Origin: the human T2T-CHM13v2.0 reference genome, Homo sapiens
Assembly: GCF_009914755.1 (NCBI RefSeq)
Contig: NC_060929.1
Length of the DNA stretch: 64,000 nucleotides
Reading direction: 5' to 3' (one strand)
Both the position numbers and the translations under genes were made by a program. The notes under the pieces are model-generated. The model was not told the DNA's origin. It ran no database searches and worked only from the letters and a program-made list of their open reading frames with translations. Shown one piece after another: positions 36,028 to 52,798 of this stretch (its first letter is position 1; the number at the start of each line of letters is the position of its first letter).

Positions 36028-37588
36028 GTGAGATTTATTTTTAACATAGGTCTCGAAATGACTATAGGTCAGAGCTCTGGAACTGAATAACATGTTTTGG
36101 AGCAGTGTCATCCCCTTTTCAAATGCCCTAGTTCTTGACACCAAGGGAATTAAAAGTGACTTTTTCTTTAGAACTATGAAGCATATAAGTTCTGTGAGTT
36201 CACCTTTTTGCAGCAGCTTCTGTGCATTACTCAGTTCTACTTCCTGCAAACAATTCTTTATTTCCACACCTGTGGAAGACAGTATGGTCTTGTAGTTAAG
36301 AGGATGAACTTTGTTGTTTTGTTTTGTTTTGCTTTGCTTTGCTTTGTTTTATTTAAAAGATAGGGTCTAGCTTCGTTGCCAGTGCAACTCCTGGGCTCAA
36401 GCGATTCTCCCACCTCAGTCCCTCAAGTACTTGGGACTATAGATGTGCACCACCTCACCTAAAAATATGAACTTGGAAATGTTAGATCTGTCCTAGCTCT
36501 ATCATTTAACTTGGCGTAAAGTGGGATCATAAGGATTAAATGATTAGCAGGTAAAAGCAATCCGGAACTGTTAACTATAGCTAGTAAGTCAGAATTCGGT
36601 GAGCATAGACCATAAAATATTTCAGGTCTAGAATAGAACTTAGAAGAGCTCTTTAAAAATCATTTTTAGATACTTGGTTTTCTAAAGGTTGCAAGCATAC
36701 ATTCCACAGTGTTATAGAAGTATGACAACCTCAATTATTTAGCTCCTTCAAGTTATGAAGAAAAGTTGTTTGGCTAGGGATGTCGGGGTGAGAGAATTTA
36801 GAAAGGAGTACACTGGAAGCTTCTGAGGTTCTGGCAGTGTTCTCTATCTTAATTTGTATAGTAGTTTTGTGAATGTATATTTTGCAACAGTGTACTAAGC
36901 TGTACATTTCTGTATGTTTTTCCATATGTATTGTACCTCTGGTTGTTTAAAGAATTTCTGATATTGGGGTATTGAAATCTTCAACTAATGTTGTATTGTC
37001 TGTTGCTCCTCTGAATTCAGTCAGTTTTTCCTTTATATATTTTATGGTTCTGCTGTTAGATACGAATACACTTATAGTTGTTATATTTTCCCAATTTGTT
37101 GACCTTTTTACCGTTATGAAATATCCCCTTTTTTGGTCTCCAGTAATGTATCTTGTCTTAAAGCCTGTTTTGTCTGATAGCACTTCAGCTACTTAAGGTT
37201 GCTGTTTACACAGTATCTTTTTTTTATACTTTTATTTTCAACCTGTATATGTCTTTGAATGTAAAGTATGCATCCTATAGTCAACATATAATTGAATCTT
37301 TTTAAATCCAGTGTGATAATCTCTGCTCTTTGAGTTGTTTAGTCCATTCATATTTTATCTGCTTGTTGATATGTTTGGATTTACATTAGTCATTTGTCTT
37401 TTACAAGTCTCATGTGTTCTTTATTCCTGTTTTTTACTGCCTCTTTTTGTATTAGATAATATTTTCTGCATGCTATTTTAATACTTTGGATTTTATTAAC
37501 TATGCTTACTTTTTAGCTATTTTCTTAGTGGTTGCTGTAGGAATTGTAATGCACATCTTTTTATAGTCTACTTTAGTTTTTCGGGATT

Positions 37589-37897
37589 CTTTTTTTTTTT
37601 TCTTTTTCTTTTTTTGAGACAGGGTCTCACTTTGTTGCCCAGGCTGGAGTACAGGGGTGCAATCATGGATCACTGCGGCCTCCACCTCCCTGGGCTCAGG
37701 TGATCCTCCCACCTCAGCCTCCTGAGTAGCTGGACTACAGGTGCACACCACCATGCCCAGCTAATTTTTGTATTTTTTGTACAGATGGGGTTTTGCCGTG
37801 TTGCCTAAGCTGTTCTCAAACTCCTGAGTTCAAGCGATCTGCCTACCTTGGCCTCCCAAAGTGCTGAAATTACTGGCAGGAGCCACTGTGCCCAGCC
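37589..37897 (-). mobile_element. AluJb-like
   Basis: Antisense dimer; TSD ctactttagttt. Confidence 0.9.
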
Positions 37898-38586
37898 CTA
37901 CTTTAGTTTAATAGTACCTAATTTCAGTGAAATATATTGATAGAAGCTTTGCTTTAGCATAGCTCCATTTCCTCTCCTCCACTTCGAACTATCGTTGTCA
38001 TGTACATTTTATCAATATATGTTGTAAACCTAACCACTGAGTGTCATAATTACAGCTTTTTATAATCTTTTGTCTTTTAAAGAAATTAAAGAAGAGAGAA
38101 AATAATATTAGAGTCTTATATCTGCTTACCGTTTCTGATGTTCTTCATTTCCTCCTGTGGTTTTGAGTGACCATCTACTGTCATTTCCTCCAGCCTGAAG
38201 GACTTTAATATATTTGTGAGGCAGGTTTCACAGCAGTAAATTTTCTTTGTTCATTGTGAAAGTCTTTATTTTTCCTTCATCTTGAGGTAGTTTTGTTAAA
38301 TGTATAATCTTTGTTGAAAATTTTTCTCATTCACATTTTAAGTATATCATTACACTGCCTTCTGGCCTCCACTGTTCTGGTGAGAAGTCAGAAATTAATA
38401 GTCTTGTTCTCTTCTATCATTTTTCTCTTGTGGCTTTCACATTTTCTCTTTGTCTTTTTCTCTCACCACTCTGATACTCTGGTGTCTTCAGATGTAGATC
38501 TTCTATTCTACTTGAGGTTCACTGAGATGAGCTTCTTGGATCTTTAGATTAACATTTTTCATCAAAATTTTAAAGTTATCAGCCTT

Positions 38587-38897
<311 letters not shown>

Positions 38898-39054
38898 TTA
38901 TTTCTTCAGATATTTGTTCTGTTCTTCTCTTTCTTCCCTTCTTCTGGGTCTTCCATTCATGTCAAGAGGGCCCTGTTCATTTTTCTTCAGTCTTTTTGTT
39001 TTCATTCTTTGGCTTGGATAATTTCTTTCGATACAACTTCAAGTTTACTTATTC

Positions 39055-39343
39055 TTTTTATTTTTATTTTGAAGCAAGGTCGCACTCTGTCACCTAGGCT
39101 ATAGTGCAGTGGCACAATCATGGCCTCAACTTCCTGGGCTCAAGCGATCCTCCCACCTCAGCCTCCAGAGTAGCTGAAACCACAGGTGCGCACCACCACA
39201 CATGGCTAATTTTTTTGGCTTTTTGCTAGAAACAGGGTTTCGCCATGTTGCCCAGAATGGTCTAAACTCCTGACTCAGCCAGTTCGCCCACCTCGACCTC
39301 CCAAAGTACTGGGATTACAGGTGTGAGCTACTGCCCCTGGCCT
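39055..39343 (-). mobile_element. AluJ
   Basis: Antisense dimer. Confidence 0.87.
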
Positions 39344-39928
39344 GCCCAGTTTTGTGGTTGGCTTTAGGGAAAAGGATTTGACAACCTCCTTACTTCACCA
39401 CATCAGAAATTCCACCTATTTTTGAACTGTATAAATAATTTTTTTAATTTTCAAAAAATCAGAAAAGATGAGAAAAAAACTAAGCCTTAAAATTGACCAT
39501 AAACAGAAACAAGTTAACATAACAATCATGAATAGATTATATAGAAAAGATAATTCCATTAACTTTGGACACAGACTCTTGACTGCAACAAAACCTTGAA
39601 CTTTACATAGTAGGTTCATTGTTGGTAATGATATTTGTATAGTAATTTTGGAACTCTTGTTTCTTGTAGGATAGAGCAAATTAGTAAAGTGGCTATTCTG
39701 AGAACCAGAGTTTTCACTGTGGAGGAATGTGAGGAAGAATCCTGGGTTGTTGGATTTCACTTGTATGTGTTCTTTTGACTCATAAGGGTTTCATTTTGTT
39801 TAAGATGTATTTCCTGGGTTTCTTCACTGAAAGGGCCTAAAAGGAGTAATACCCTAGTAACAGTGAACACACTAACACCCAGATCTTTGTTTCTAAACAC
39901 TATTCCACACTAAAAGAATCCAGGACTC

Positions 39929-40225
39929 GGCTGAATGGGGTGGCTCATACCTGTAATCTCAGCACCTTGGGAGGCTCTGGTGGGAGGATCACTTGAGCCC
40001 AGGAGTTTAAGACCAGCCTAGGCAACATAGTGAGACCCCCCCATCTCTACAAAAAAAAAAAAAAAAAATAGCTAGGCGTGGTGGTGTGCACCTGTGGTCC
40101 TAGGTACTGGGGAAGCTGAGGTGGGAGGATTGCTTGAGCCCAGGAGGTTGAGGCTGCAGTGAGCCATGATCTCTTTAGCCTGGGTAGTAAAGCGAGACCC
40201 TGACTATAAATAAATAAATAAGTAA
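39929..40225 (+). mobile_element. AluJ
   Basis: Dimer with a small deletion. Confidence 0.87.
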
Positions 40226-41912
40226 AAATTGATCTAGGACTCCTTGGAGATATGGCAAAGTACAGAATACAAAGTACAAAGTACAAAGATATGGAGGTAG
40301 GCAAAGTACAGAATACTACACCTGGAATATTATGTAAACCTGCAACAAAGTTCACCCTTGGGAGAATAAACCCAGGTAAAATGCCCATGCAGATCCTGGA
40401 AGTGGGCTAGGGAGGCTTGAACTGGAAATCCTAGAGAACTCAGTACCTGGAGCATAGTTTAAAAGGGCCGTATGGGATATGGGTGGGGCCCACCAGAGAG
40501 GAGGGCCTTGACAGGAGCCTCTTCTGCCCAGGTCTGAGGGCCAAAAAGCGCTCTACAACACATGAAACCATTTAAGCATTAAGTAACACTCCAAATTTTT
40601 TGCAGTGCTTTTATTGTGTTTATAATTTAAAACAATCTGTGAGGCAGAATTGAATTACAAAATCAAAAGCAGTATGTACAGTCTGCATTCAAAGAAAGGT
40701 AATGTGGGAAAAGAACTGAAAGGTGGCCCCAGGGAGGAGCTGTGGTTTGTACTAGACTTTGAAAACTACAGAAAATTTGGTGTTAGAGAATTAGGAGGAG
40801 GATATGGAAGAGTTATTCCATGGAAGGACATGGGGGACACATAAGCAAACAAATGGAATGAGGGATAAGCATGGTAAGCTCTGAGAGACAATAGTGAGAT
40901 CAGACTGTCTAGCAGAGAGGACTTGTGTTGCATAGCTTGAGTAGGTTGGAATAGAAGCTTGATGTAGTGTGAACAAGAGATTTCTGAATCTTGATTTTTC
41001 TCGTCTGTAAAATGAGTCAAGACCTCCATGCCCACCTCTCAAAATTATCTTGAAAAACAAATGAGCTGATGTATGTGACAGCAGATTTTCAGCAGTGAAG
41101 CGCTGTACTGGTATAGGTTGTAATGAATTTTGAATACCATGTTGAGAAGTTTACAGTTGTGGTAGTAACTGTTGAAATAAACTCCGTTCATCAAGAGCAT
41201 TGGCTGTTTGGGGCTCTCCTTGGCAGTTCCTGTGATGATTTACAATGCAGGATAATGTCACTGTTTCCCCCTAAGTTTTCAGTGATGGAGAAGAAAGTAC
41301 TGAGTAAACAGCCCTATAAAATTTCTTTGGTTTCCATTTCTATGGAAGTATAATTCAAGATCAGATGTTTCCCTGTGAGGCCTCTCTGGAATGTGTTAAA
41401 AGGCATTGTGGAGGTATGTAAGGGTTTTAACCACATTAGAAGCTTCTGTTCATAGAACAGAACCTGGAAAGACTTTCCTCTGATAGTGCTGCAGAATATC
41501 AGCACTGCCAGCTCACATATGTGTGAATGCTCCTGGCACCTAGCACGCTAAGGAAGACCTATACACTATCTATCATATCTATCCTTGGATTCCAATAATA
41601 TTGTACTATATACCTGTCATCCTTTGGAGAAAGAATGTATTCAGCAGAAAAAAACTCCAGTCTTTGTACTGGGATCATCAATTCAGTCTCGGCACAGCTG
41701 GGAAATAGTTCAACTTTCTCCTCAAAGTGCTATTTTTAGCTGTTTCCAAGGAGATGTTCAGCATGATACTGATAATTGCATTACTCTTAATTTGCACAAT
41801 CTGTGGAGAGGGAAGCAGCAGTTCTTTTTCAATGTTTACTACTCAGTGGGCCACTGGGTTGTGATTTATCCGTTGAAACAATAGGATGCCTCACTTAGAA
41901 TAATTGACCTTA

Positions 41913-42575
<663 letters not shown>

Positions 42576-42962
42576 GACATGGTAAGTATTTCTCGAGCTG
42601 GCTGCTCAGGCCGGCCCGTAGCACTGATTCCTTTCTGTATACTTGAGACGTGGTTTTGCCCATTGGGAACTTGATGTTATAAATTTCCCAAAGAATGATT
42701 GGTCTCCTAAAACATGAACACACATACACACGCTTACTTCACAAGAGCCTAATCCGGCAATCTGATTGATTCATCTGTGTTCATAGAATATTCCTAATGA
42801 GTTGGCTCTGAAGAGAAGATTATAGATCAGAAAATAGCTTAAGATTTACAGTCAATGCTAAAGAAATTGAAAACTCTTAAAGAGTGGGCATTAAGATCTA
42901 GTAACTTGATGATTTAACCCCTCTCTAAAGAATTTGTTTCTTAAATAACTGTTAACTGAATT

Positions 42963-43732
<770 letters not shown>

Positions 43733-44078
43733 AGTAGAGATCATTACAATCTAAGCATCTTTCTTATGGGTAGTACTAGGTAAATATGGCCATATTCTTA
43801 TATTTTATTTTTTTCTGAATTCCTTTAGAATAGCCCTTCCCTCAGATACGTTATATCTTAAAATGAATTGTTATTTGTACCTGCTGTGTGTCTGGCACAT
43901 AGTACGTACCATAAAAATTAGATTCACTCTATACTTACCTTTTAGTTTCCTCACTGAGATTCATCAAGTGCTCTGTTTAATCCATAGTGTAATAATAAGA
44001 CATTTGGGAAATACCCGGTCTCATCAATAGCATATTGACAAATCTTTTCCAGAGAAAGAATGTTTTTATTTTGGTTCC

Positions 44079-44374
44079 TGTATTAATCCATTTTCACACT
44101 GCTATTAAGAATTGCCTGAGAGTGGGTGATTTATAAACAAAAGAGGTTGAATTGACTCACAGTTCCACATGGCTATAGAGGCCTCAGGAAACTTAACAAT
44201 CATGGCGGAAAGTGAAGAGAAAGCTGATGGTTTTAAAGTGTGGCACTTGAAAACCATCAGTTCTCATGAAAGTGAACTCACTATCATGAGAACAACATGG
44301 GGGAACCGTCCCCATGATCCAGGGTCCGTCCCTTGACCCGTGGGGATATTTGGGTAGGAACACAGATCATATCA
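44079..44374 (-). mobile_element. THE1-like MaLR solo LTR with internal deletions
   Basis: 'tgtattaatccattttcacactgct...gaggcctcaggaaactta...atatca'; 5-bp TSD gttcc. Confidence 0.88.
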
Positions 44375-44436
44375 GTTCCTCATGTTAAAAGGACCAATTG
44401 TTTAGGTTCCAGGCTTCTCTTGTGCATGAAATACCC

Positions 44437-44518
44437 TGCTAACTGTATTTCCTCCCTTTGAAATTACTTAATCAGAATGCTAACTGTATTTCCTCCCTTT
44501 GAAATTACTTAATCAGAA
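44437..44518. repeat. Perfect 41-bp tandem duplication
   Basis: tgctaactgtatttcctccctttgaaattacttaatcagaa x2. Confidence 0.97.
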
Positions 44519-44537
44519 GCTTCAAGAAGGAGGAAAG

Positions 44538-44696
44538 AGCCCAGCACAGTGGTGTGCACCTATAGTCCCATCTACTCAGGAGGCTGAGGCAGAAGGATCA
44601 CTTGAGTCCAAGAGTTCAAGGTTATAGTGTGTGTTGATCACATCTGTGAATAGACACTGCACTCTAGCCTGGACAACATAGTGAGACCCTATCTCT
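44538..44696 (+). mobile_element. FAM (fossil Alu monomer)
   Basis: Monomer with the 7SL/FAM-type 'ctgtgaatagacactgcact' segment. Confidence 0.8.
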
Positions 44697-45708
44697 TTTT
44701 TTTTTTTTTTTTTTTTAAGGGACTTTGGTAGATTTTCTGTTTTTGGGGTTTTTTTGTTGTTTTTGTTTTAAAGCACTGTCAAAAGGTGGCAGGCATACAG
44801 ACTCTTCTGGTTTGGCTTGTGCCAGTTATATTGTTAAGATGTTCCACAAAAAAGTGCACACACTCAGCATGCGTCTACTTTGCTTTGCAGGATAACATTC
44901 TCTCAGCCTTTGTGTTTGATGAGTTTTTGGCCATCTATGTGAGTTTCTGAGTTGTTTGAATAAGCTAAGAAAAGACAGACTTATTTATTTAGGTTTCTTC
45001 ACATTTTCCTATGTTAACCTGCTAACAGTATACTGCCCTAACCCTACAGACTTGGCTTGTACCCACAAATGTGCTCTCCTAGCATACTGTGTCTCCTTCA
45101 TGACACAAACCATGAAGGGTTCTTATAAGGATTAAAGTACTTATTTCACAGAAAATAATAGCTTATTTATTGAGCCCTTATTTGCTAGTCACTGTATGGG
45201 CAGCTTTATGTATATTATGACATTAATCCATTAAACAGTAGTCCATAATACTATTAAAGCTTCATTTTTGAAATGAAGAAACTAAGGCTCAGAAAGATTC
45301 TGAAACTTGTCCGAGGCCACATAACTAGTAAGTACTAGAAGCTACAATTTGAATTTACACTGGTATGCACACCAGTGGGTATGTTATTTAGTTTCATTTC
45401 TGAGTAAGTAGAAATTAAGTGATACTGTAATTATCATTCCATTGCAAAAGATAGAAACATAGAAAGCAAAGGACATGCCAAGAAGACCTACATTTTTTGT
45501 TTTAAACATCAAGAATGCAATTGATAATTAGCCTGATGGTCATGTGTTTTTTTTCCTCTATCACTGTACAAGGTTTTGGTGAAACTGATGCAGTTCTCAA
45601 AAGTCAGACTGTTGCCTATTAAATAGACTTGTGCATAAGGAAAGCTCACCTTTTTGTTCACTTATAATAATATTGTGAGAAATTATGTAATTCTCTGATG
45701 TCTTTCAG

Positions 45709-45769
45709 AAAAGAAGAGAAGAGAGCACTAGACTAAAGGAGGAGGGAAATGAACAGTTTAAGAAAGGAG
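45709..45769 (+). CDS. TTC1: TTC1 exon 3 (KRREESTRLKEEGNEQFKKG; start of TPR1)
   Basis: tctttcag acceptor, G|GTAAGA donor, 61 nt, in frame with exon 2. Confidence 0.96.
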
Positions 45770-47259
45770 GTAAGACGACTTTCAGCACTGATAATCTGGT
45801 CATCTTGACTCCTCATCCTGTTGTAGAGTCTGTGAAGAAACCCCAAAGAACATCTGAAGAAACCCCAAAACCAGACTTCACAATACAGTGTTGCTTCCCA
45901 GTACCTTGGCATTTTGAGTTTTTAACCAGGCCAAATTATTCATCTGATGGTGACCAGTTACCATTTGTCTCTTGGCACATGCACAGTCTTTCTGTAATCC
46001 ACTATCTGTTAGTCTAGAATCAGGGGTAAAACTCTTGAGCTCTTGCTTTGGAAAACACTAACCTGGAATATTAAAGGTTATGTGCTGCATTGCTGTGAAA
46101 GCAGAGTCGCCGCTCCTCACTTGCTGTGGGGCTGTGAAAGCAGCCTGACTGCTCTGGTATGGCCTAGGGCTGCCTGTCCTTTGGTTGCTCTTTCTTTCTT
46201 TCTTTCTTTTTTTAAATTCTCCAAACTGCTTCAGAAAGGTTGCTCTTTCATGTGCCATTTTCTTTGGATGCCTTAAGTAGGGAGATTCTTCATGTCCTTC
46301 TGCATTTTCTACATTTGCTTAGAAATAAGTTGGTGGGGTTCATTCTGATAATTTGGGGTAACTATTTGATCTTAGAGCAAAAGTCTTCTGTCACATCTTA
46401 AAGTGTATATGCTTCAGAAATCTAGGAGTGTTAACATTTTCCGCTAGTTATTTTCAGGTTTTTAATTTTTTTCTTATTGTTTTCCAAAAGTTACCCTATT
46501 ACCTGATTTCAGATTTTAGGGTTTTTTTTTTTTTCCTATATCTTGGTTTAGTAATCATTAATACTGTTTTCTAATAGAATAAACACTTCTAATTTTGGAA
46601 GCATATTTTTTGTATGTTAATATTAAATATTTCAAACCTGAGAAAGGAGTACATAGGCAATTTTCTATTAGTATCCTGACCATAATTCTCTTTTTCACCA
46701 TTTTCTCTTTTAAGGTCTTGATTTAAATATTGATTTTTACATTGTTCCTTTTAGCTCTATCAAATGTCTCTCTTCAAACATTTCACGGATGCTGTTTTAG
46801 CCAGGTTGACTGTATGAAAGCACAACAGATTTAATGAAAACAAATATGTATAATTTTTTTCTTTATCTCAGGCCATGGATCCCAGAGTTTAGTCTCTTTC
46901 CTCTGTCCAGTTCTGTAACCTCCTTTGAAAACTCCTTTCTGAATTGCCCAGCCAAATGAAAACTGAACATTGAGGGAATGCCAGGACTCCTGAGTATTGA
47001 GGGCTTGTCACTGACAGCATGTTCAGCTGTCAGTTCACCAAGCACAGCCTGTGAGATTGGCACAAGCAAGCACTGTTCCTTTAAAGAGAGAAGAAAAGAA
47101 GAAATGATTTTTACTGCGCCAGACTTAATAGACTGTTACCATCTTTTAACTCAAAACCTTCATCCTATGAATGGAAAACAGTGCTTCTGAGATCCTGTGG
47201 AATATAGTAGTATCAGGAATAAAATCAAAATGACCATTCATCCTTTCTCTTATCCTCAG

Positions 47260-47372
47260 ATTATATAGAAGCTGAAAGTTCTTATAGTCGAGCCCTCGAA
47301 ATGTGCCCATCCTGCTTCCAAAAGGAGAGGTCGATTCTATTTTCAAATAGAGCTGCAGCAAGGATGAAACAG
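47260..47372 (+). CDS. TTC1: TTC1 exon 4 (DYIEAESSYSRALEMCP...FSNRAAARMKQ)
   Basis: tatcctcag acceptor, CAG|GTATGT donor, 113 nt, TPR consensus. Confidence 0.96.
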
Positions 47373-48002
47373 GTATGTATCTGTGACCTTTTCTTTTTAA
47401 AAAGCACATGGACTTGCAGTCTTTTCATACCATAGTTTCTCTCCAGAAACTAGCATAGAGGTTGCTGCCTCCCTTTTCCTGCCCATATATTTCCCTGATG
47501 TAAAGGCCACAGGGAGAATAGAAAATCTTTTGAAAAACTTGAGTCAGATTACTGTTAACATTCCCCATTAAAGTAGCTGAGTGAATACTTTCATGGAAGG
47601 AGGGCTGGCAAATTTTTTGCTAAACTAGGTCAGGTTAATGAAGCAATGAGCCAAGCAGTGCATGTCCTAGAATAGCTCTAGATCCTTATTTTAGGCCTCT
47701 GGAATTCTAGATAAACATGCAAAGGCACAGGGAAACACTGGTAAAAACTCTGGGCTTTAAAGCATCTTTAAAGATGGTTATTCCCAGGATTCTGACTTTT
47801 CTGTTCAAAGTATGGACACTTGGAGAAATCTCCAACAGCTGGGATAAAAGGTACCCTTAAATGCAAAATAGGTGTCAAGGAACTTTGAAAACATTTTGTA
47901 TTTCCAAAGGACTGAGAACCTAGTATAACAAGGTGAGTATGGAATAGGTGAGAGTACAAATATATTTGTTTTATACCATGACCTTATTAAAAGTTAGATT
48001 TG

Positions 48003-48279
48003 GGCCAGATGCAGTGGCTCACACCCGTAAACCCAGCACTATGGGTGGCCGAGGCGGGCACATCACCTGAGATCAGGAGTTCGAGACCAGCCTGGCCAAC
48101 ATGGTCAAACCCCATCTCTACTAAAAATACAAAAATTAGCCAGGCATGGTGGTGGGCACCTGTAATCCCATCTACTCAAGAAGCTGAGGCAGGAGAGTCG
48201 CTGAAGCCTGGAGGCAGAGGTTGCAGTGCACTGCACTCTGGCCTGGGCGACAAGAGCAAAACTCTGTCTCAAAAAAAAA
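48003..48279 (+). mobile_element. AluS
   Basis: Dimer; TSD aaaagttagattt. Confidence 0.9.
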
Positions 48280-49166
48280 GTTAGATTTGTTTCTGATTTG
48301 TCTGATTTTCCTATTTAGTCTTCATAATCCTTGGATTGAAATGAGAGTGGTTTTTTTTTTTTTTAAACCATACCACTTTTTAAACTATGGCTACTTACAT
48401 CCAAAGTACAAAGGATAGGTTATTTAACATACCTTTAAGCAACCATGATGCTGGCTCAAGATTGGAAGTGGCAGTGTTTTCATTTGTTTGTTTAGATCAG
48501 ATATCTCTTTGATACTGTCTGAAATTCTCAAATGCCTCTACCACAGTCACTTTAGGTGACAAGGTTTTTTTTGTTGTTGTTGTTTTTTTTAAAGGCCCCA
48601 GGGCAGGGTTGCGGGGGTGGGTGCTTGAATGCTTGGACATGCAGAAAGGTTACGGTTTTTTTTTTTTACCAGAACTTGTGTAAGATTCAATCTTCAAAGC
48701 AGAGTATTTTTGGAGTATTTCATGTGGCATGAGAGAAGAAATAATTTTATAGTATACAAACCAACATTTTGTATTAGAGAAAACAAAACAATTGGTTTAA
48801 CTTTATTTAAAACAATATTCATTAATGTGTCCCACCAGCAATCAGAATTAACATCTAACAGTTTTTACACTTACCTGGAAAATTCTGATCTTTTAGATTT
48901 GCTTCTCCCTTTTGCCACATTTTTAGACTGGACATTGTCATTGTGAAATAGGATCAAGGATGTGCCTTCAGTATCAGAGGAAATGCACCATACCCAGTTG
49001 GCTCCTGGGATTTGGGATTCTTTGTTTCTACAGTTGCCCAAGTTATTGATATTTCTAGGTTTGGGCTCACATAAATAGTCTGGTTCTTGAGTTAGGAAAA
49101 TGTATGGTCTTGTTAGTATTTTGTCTGTCACATCTGAGGAGAACTCAAAAGAGCGTTGCTCTATGA

Positions 49167-49529
<363 letters not shown>

Positions 49530-50516
49530 TTAAGTTGCATTTTTAATACTTTATGAAGACTCTAAAATGAGAGACTTGATAACTTCTAGGATTAGTACCC
49601 TGACACAATTTAAGGAGCATATTATATTCTAAGTTTTTCAAGGAAATGATGGTTTAACTGCTTTAAGAGGTAAAGATGAAGAATTTCTGAAAGGCAGGTT
49701 TGCAAGCTCAGCATCCCTGACTCAGTGCCCCTGGCCACGCTTCACATTTCATATCTGGAGAGAGAAAAGGTAACCTGGAGCTAGGGCAGAGTTTCAGCTC
49801 TAGGTCTCGCTAGCTATACAAGAGCAGAGCCCTAAAAGAGTAGGTTCTCTTTTTTTTTTTTTTTTTAACTACTGTCCTTATATATTATATACATTGTTTT
49901 ATATGTATAGTTAGATTTGTTTGTCCTTATATGCTGTGTACATTTGTTTTGTCACTATATATTATGTATACTGTTTTATATAGATAGATAGCTACCTATA
50001 TATAAAAATTATGAAAGAATGGTAAAGTTGTGATTTTTTTTTTTTTCCCACACACTCCACTTTGGGGACTACCATTGTAAGCAGCAGACAACACCTGGGT
50101 CCTCTGAGGTATTAGTAGACTATGAGCCTCAAACAAAAGTTTCTGCAATAAAATTCCATAATTCCTTGATTTGAGGAGACAGTGGATAAGATGCACTACA
50201 GCTTAATAATCACTTCTAGGCACACAAAGAATACCATCACAACAGTTGTACACATAAATTGTAAAGATTTATTTCTATTTCAGAAACTGTGAAATTGTGT
50301 GTCTTTGACTTATAGAAATGTGATAAGTTGAAAAAATATTGACTTATATAAAGTTATACAGATTACTTACAGGACTTCTTAGAGTTTTTGATATTTGAAT
50401 TGGTATGCTGAACATTGAAAGAGAAATAAAAAAAGGTCCCAGATGACCCTGAAACCTTTTTTGTTTTGTTTATTGTGGTAAAATACAGATAACATAAAGT
50501 TGGCCATTTTAAAGTA

Positions 50517-52391
<1,875 letters not shown>

Positions 52392-52500
52392 TATACAATT
52401 CTGTGGATTAAAATACCTTCACAGTGTTATACAGCCAACACCACTATCTAGTTCCAGAACTTTTCCATCATCCTAAAAGGATCCTCCACACTCCTGAAAC

Positions 52501-52798
52501 TTTTTTTTTATTTTCTGAGATGGAGTCTTGCTCTGTTGCCCAGGCTTGAGTGCAGTGTCGTGAACTCAACTTACTGCAATCTCCACCTCCTGGTTTCAAG
52601 CAATTCTCCTGCCTCAGCCTCCCAAGTAGCTGGGACTACAGGCACCCACCACCACACCCGGCTAATTTTTGTATTCTTAGCAGATACAGGGTTTCACCAT
52701 GTTGGCCAGGCTGGTCTCGAACTCCTGACCTCTAGTGATCCGCCCACCTTGGTCCTCCAAAATGCTGGGATTACAGGCATGAGCCGCTGCGTCCAGCC
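52501..52798 (-). mobile_element. AluS
   Basis: Antisense dimer; TSD cctgaaact. Confidence 0.9.

Noticed and set aside
44437-44518. CRISPR-like repeat
   Set aside because: Two adjacent copies with no spacers in human DNA; a simple tandem duplication.
48869-48882. Minus-strand ttttcCAG|GTAAGT resembling a recursive splice site
   Set aside because: Antisense to TTC1 with a short pyrimidine tract; expected by chance.
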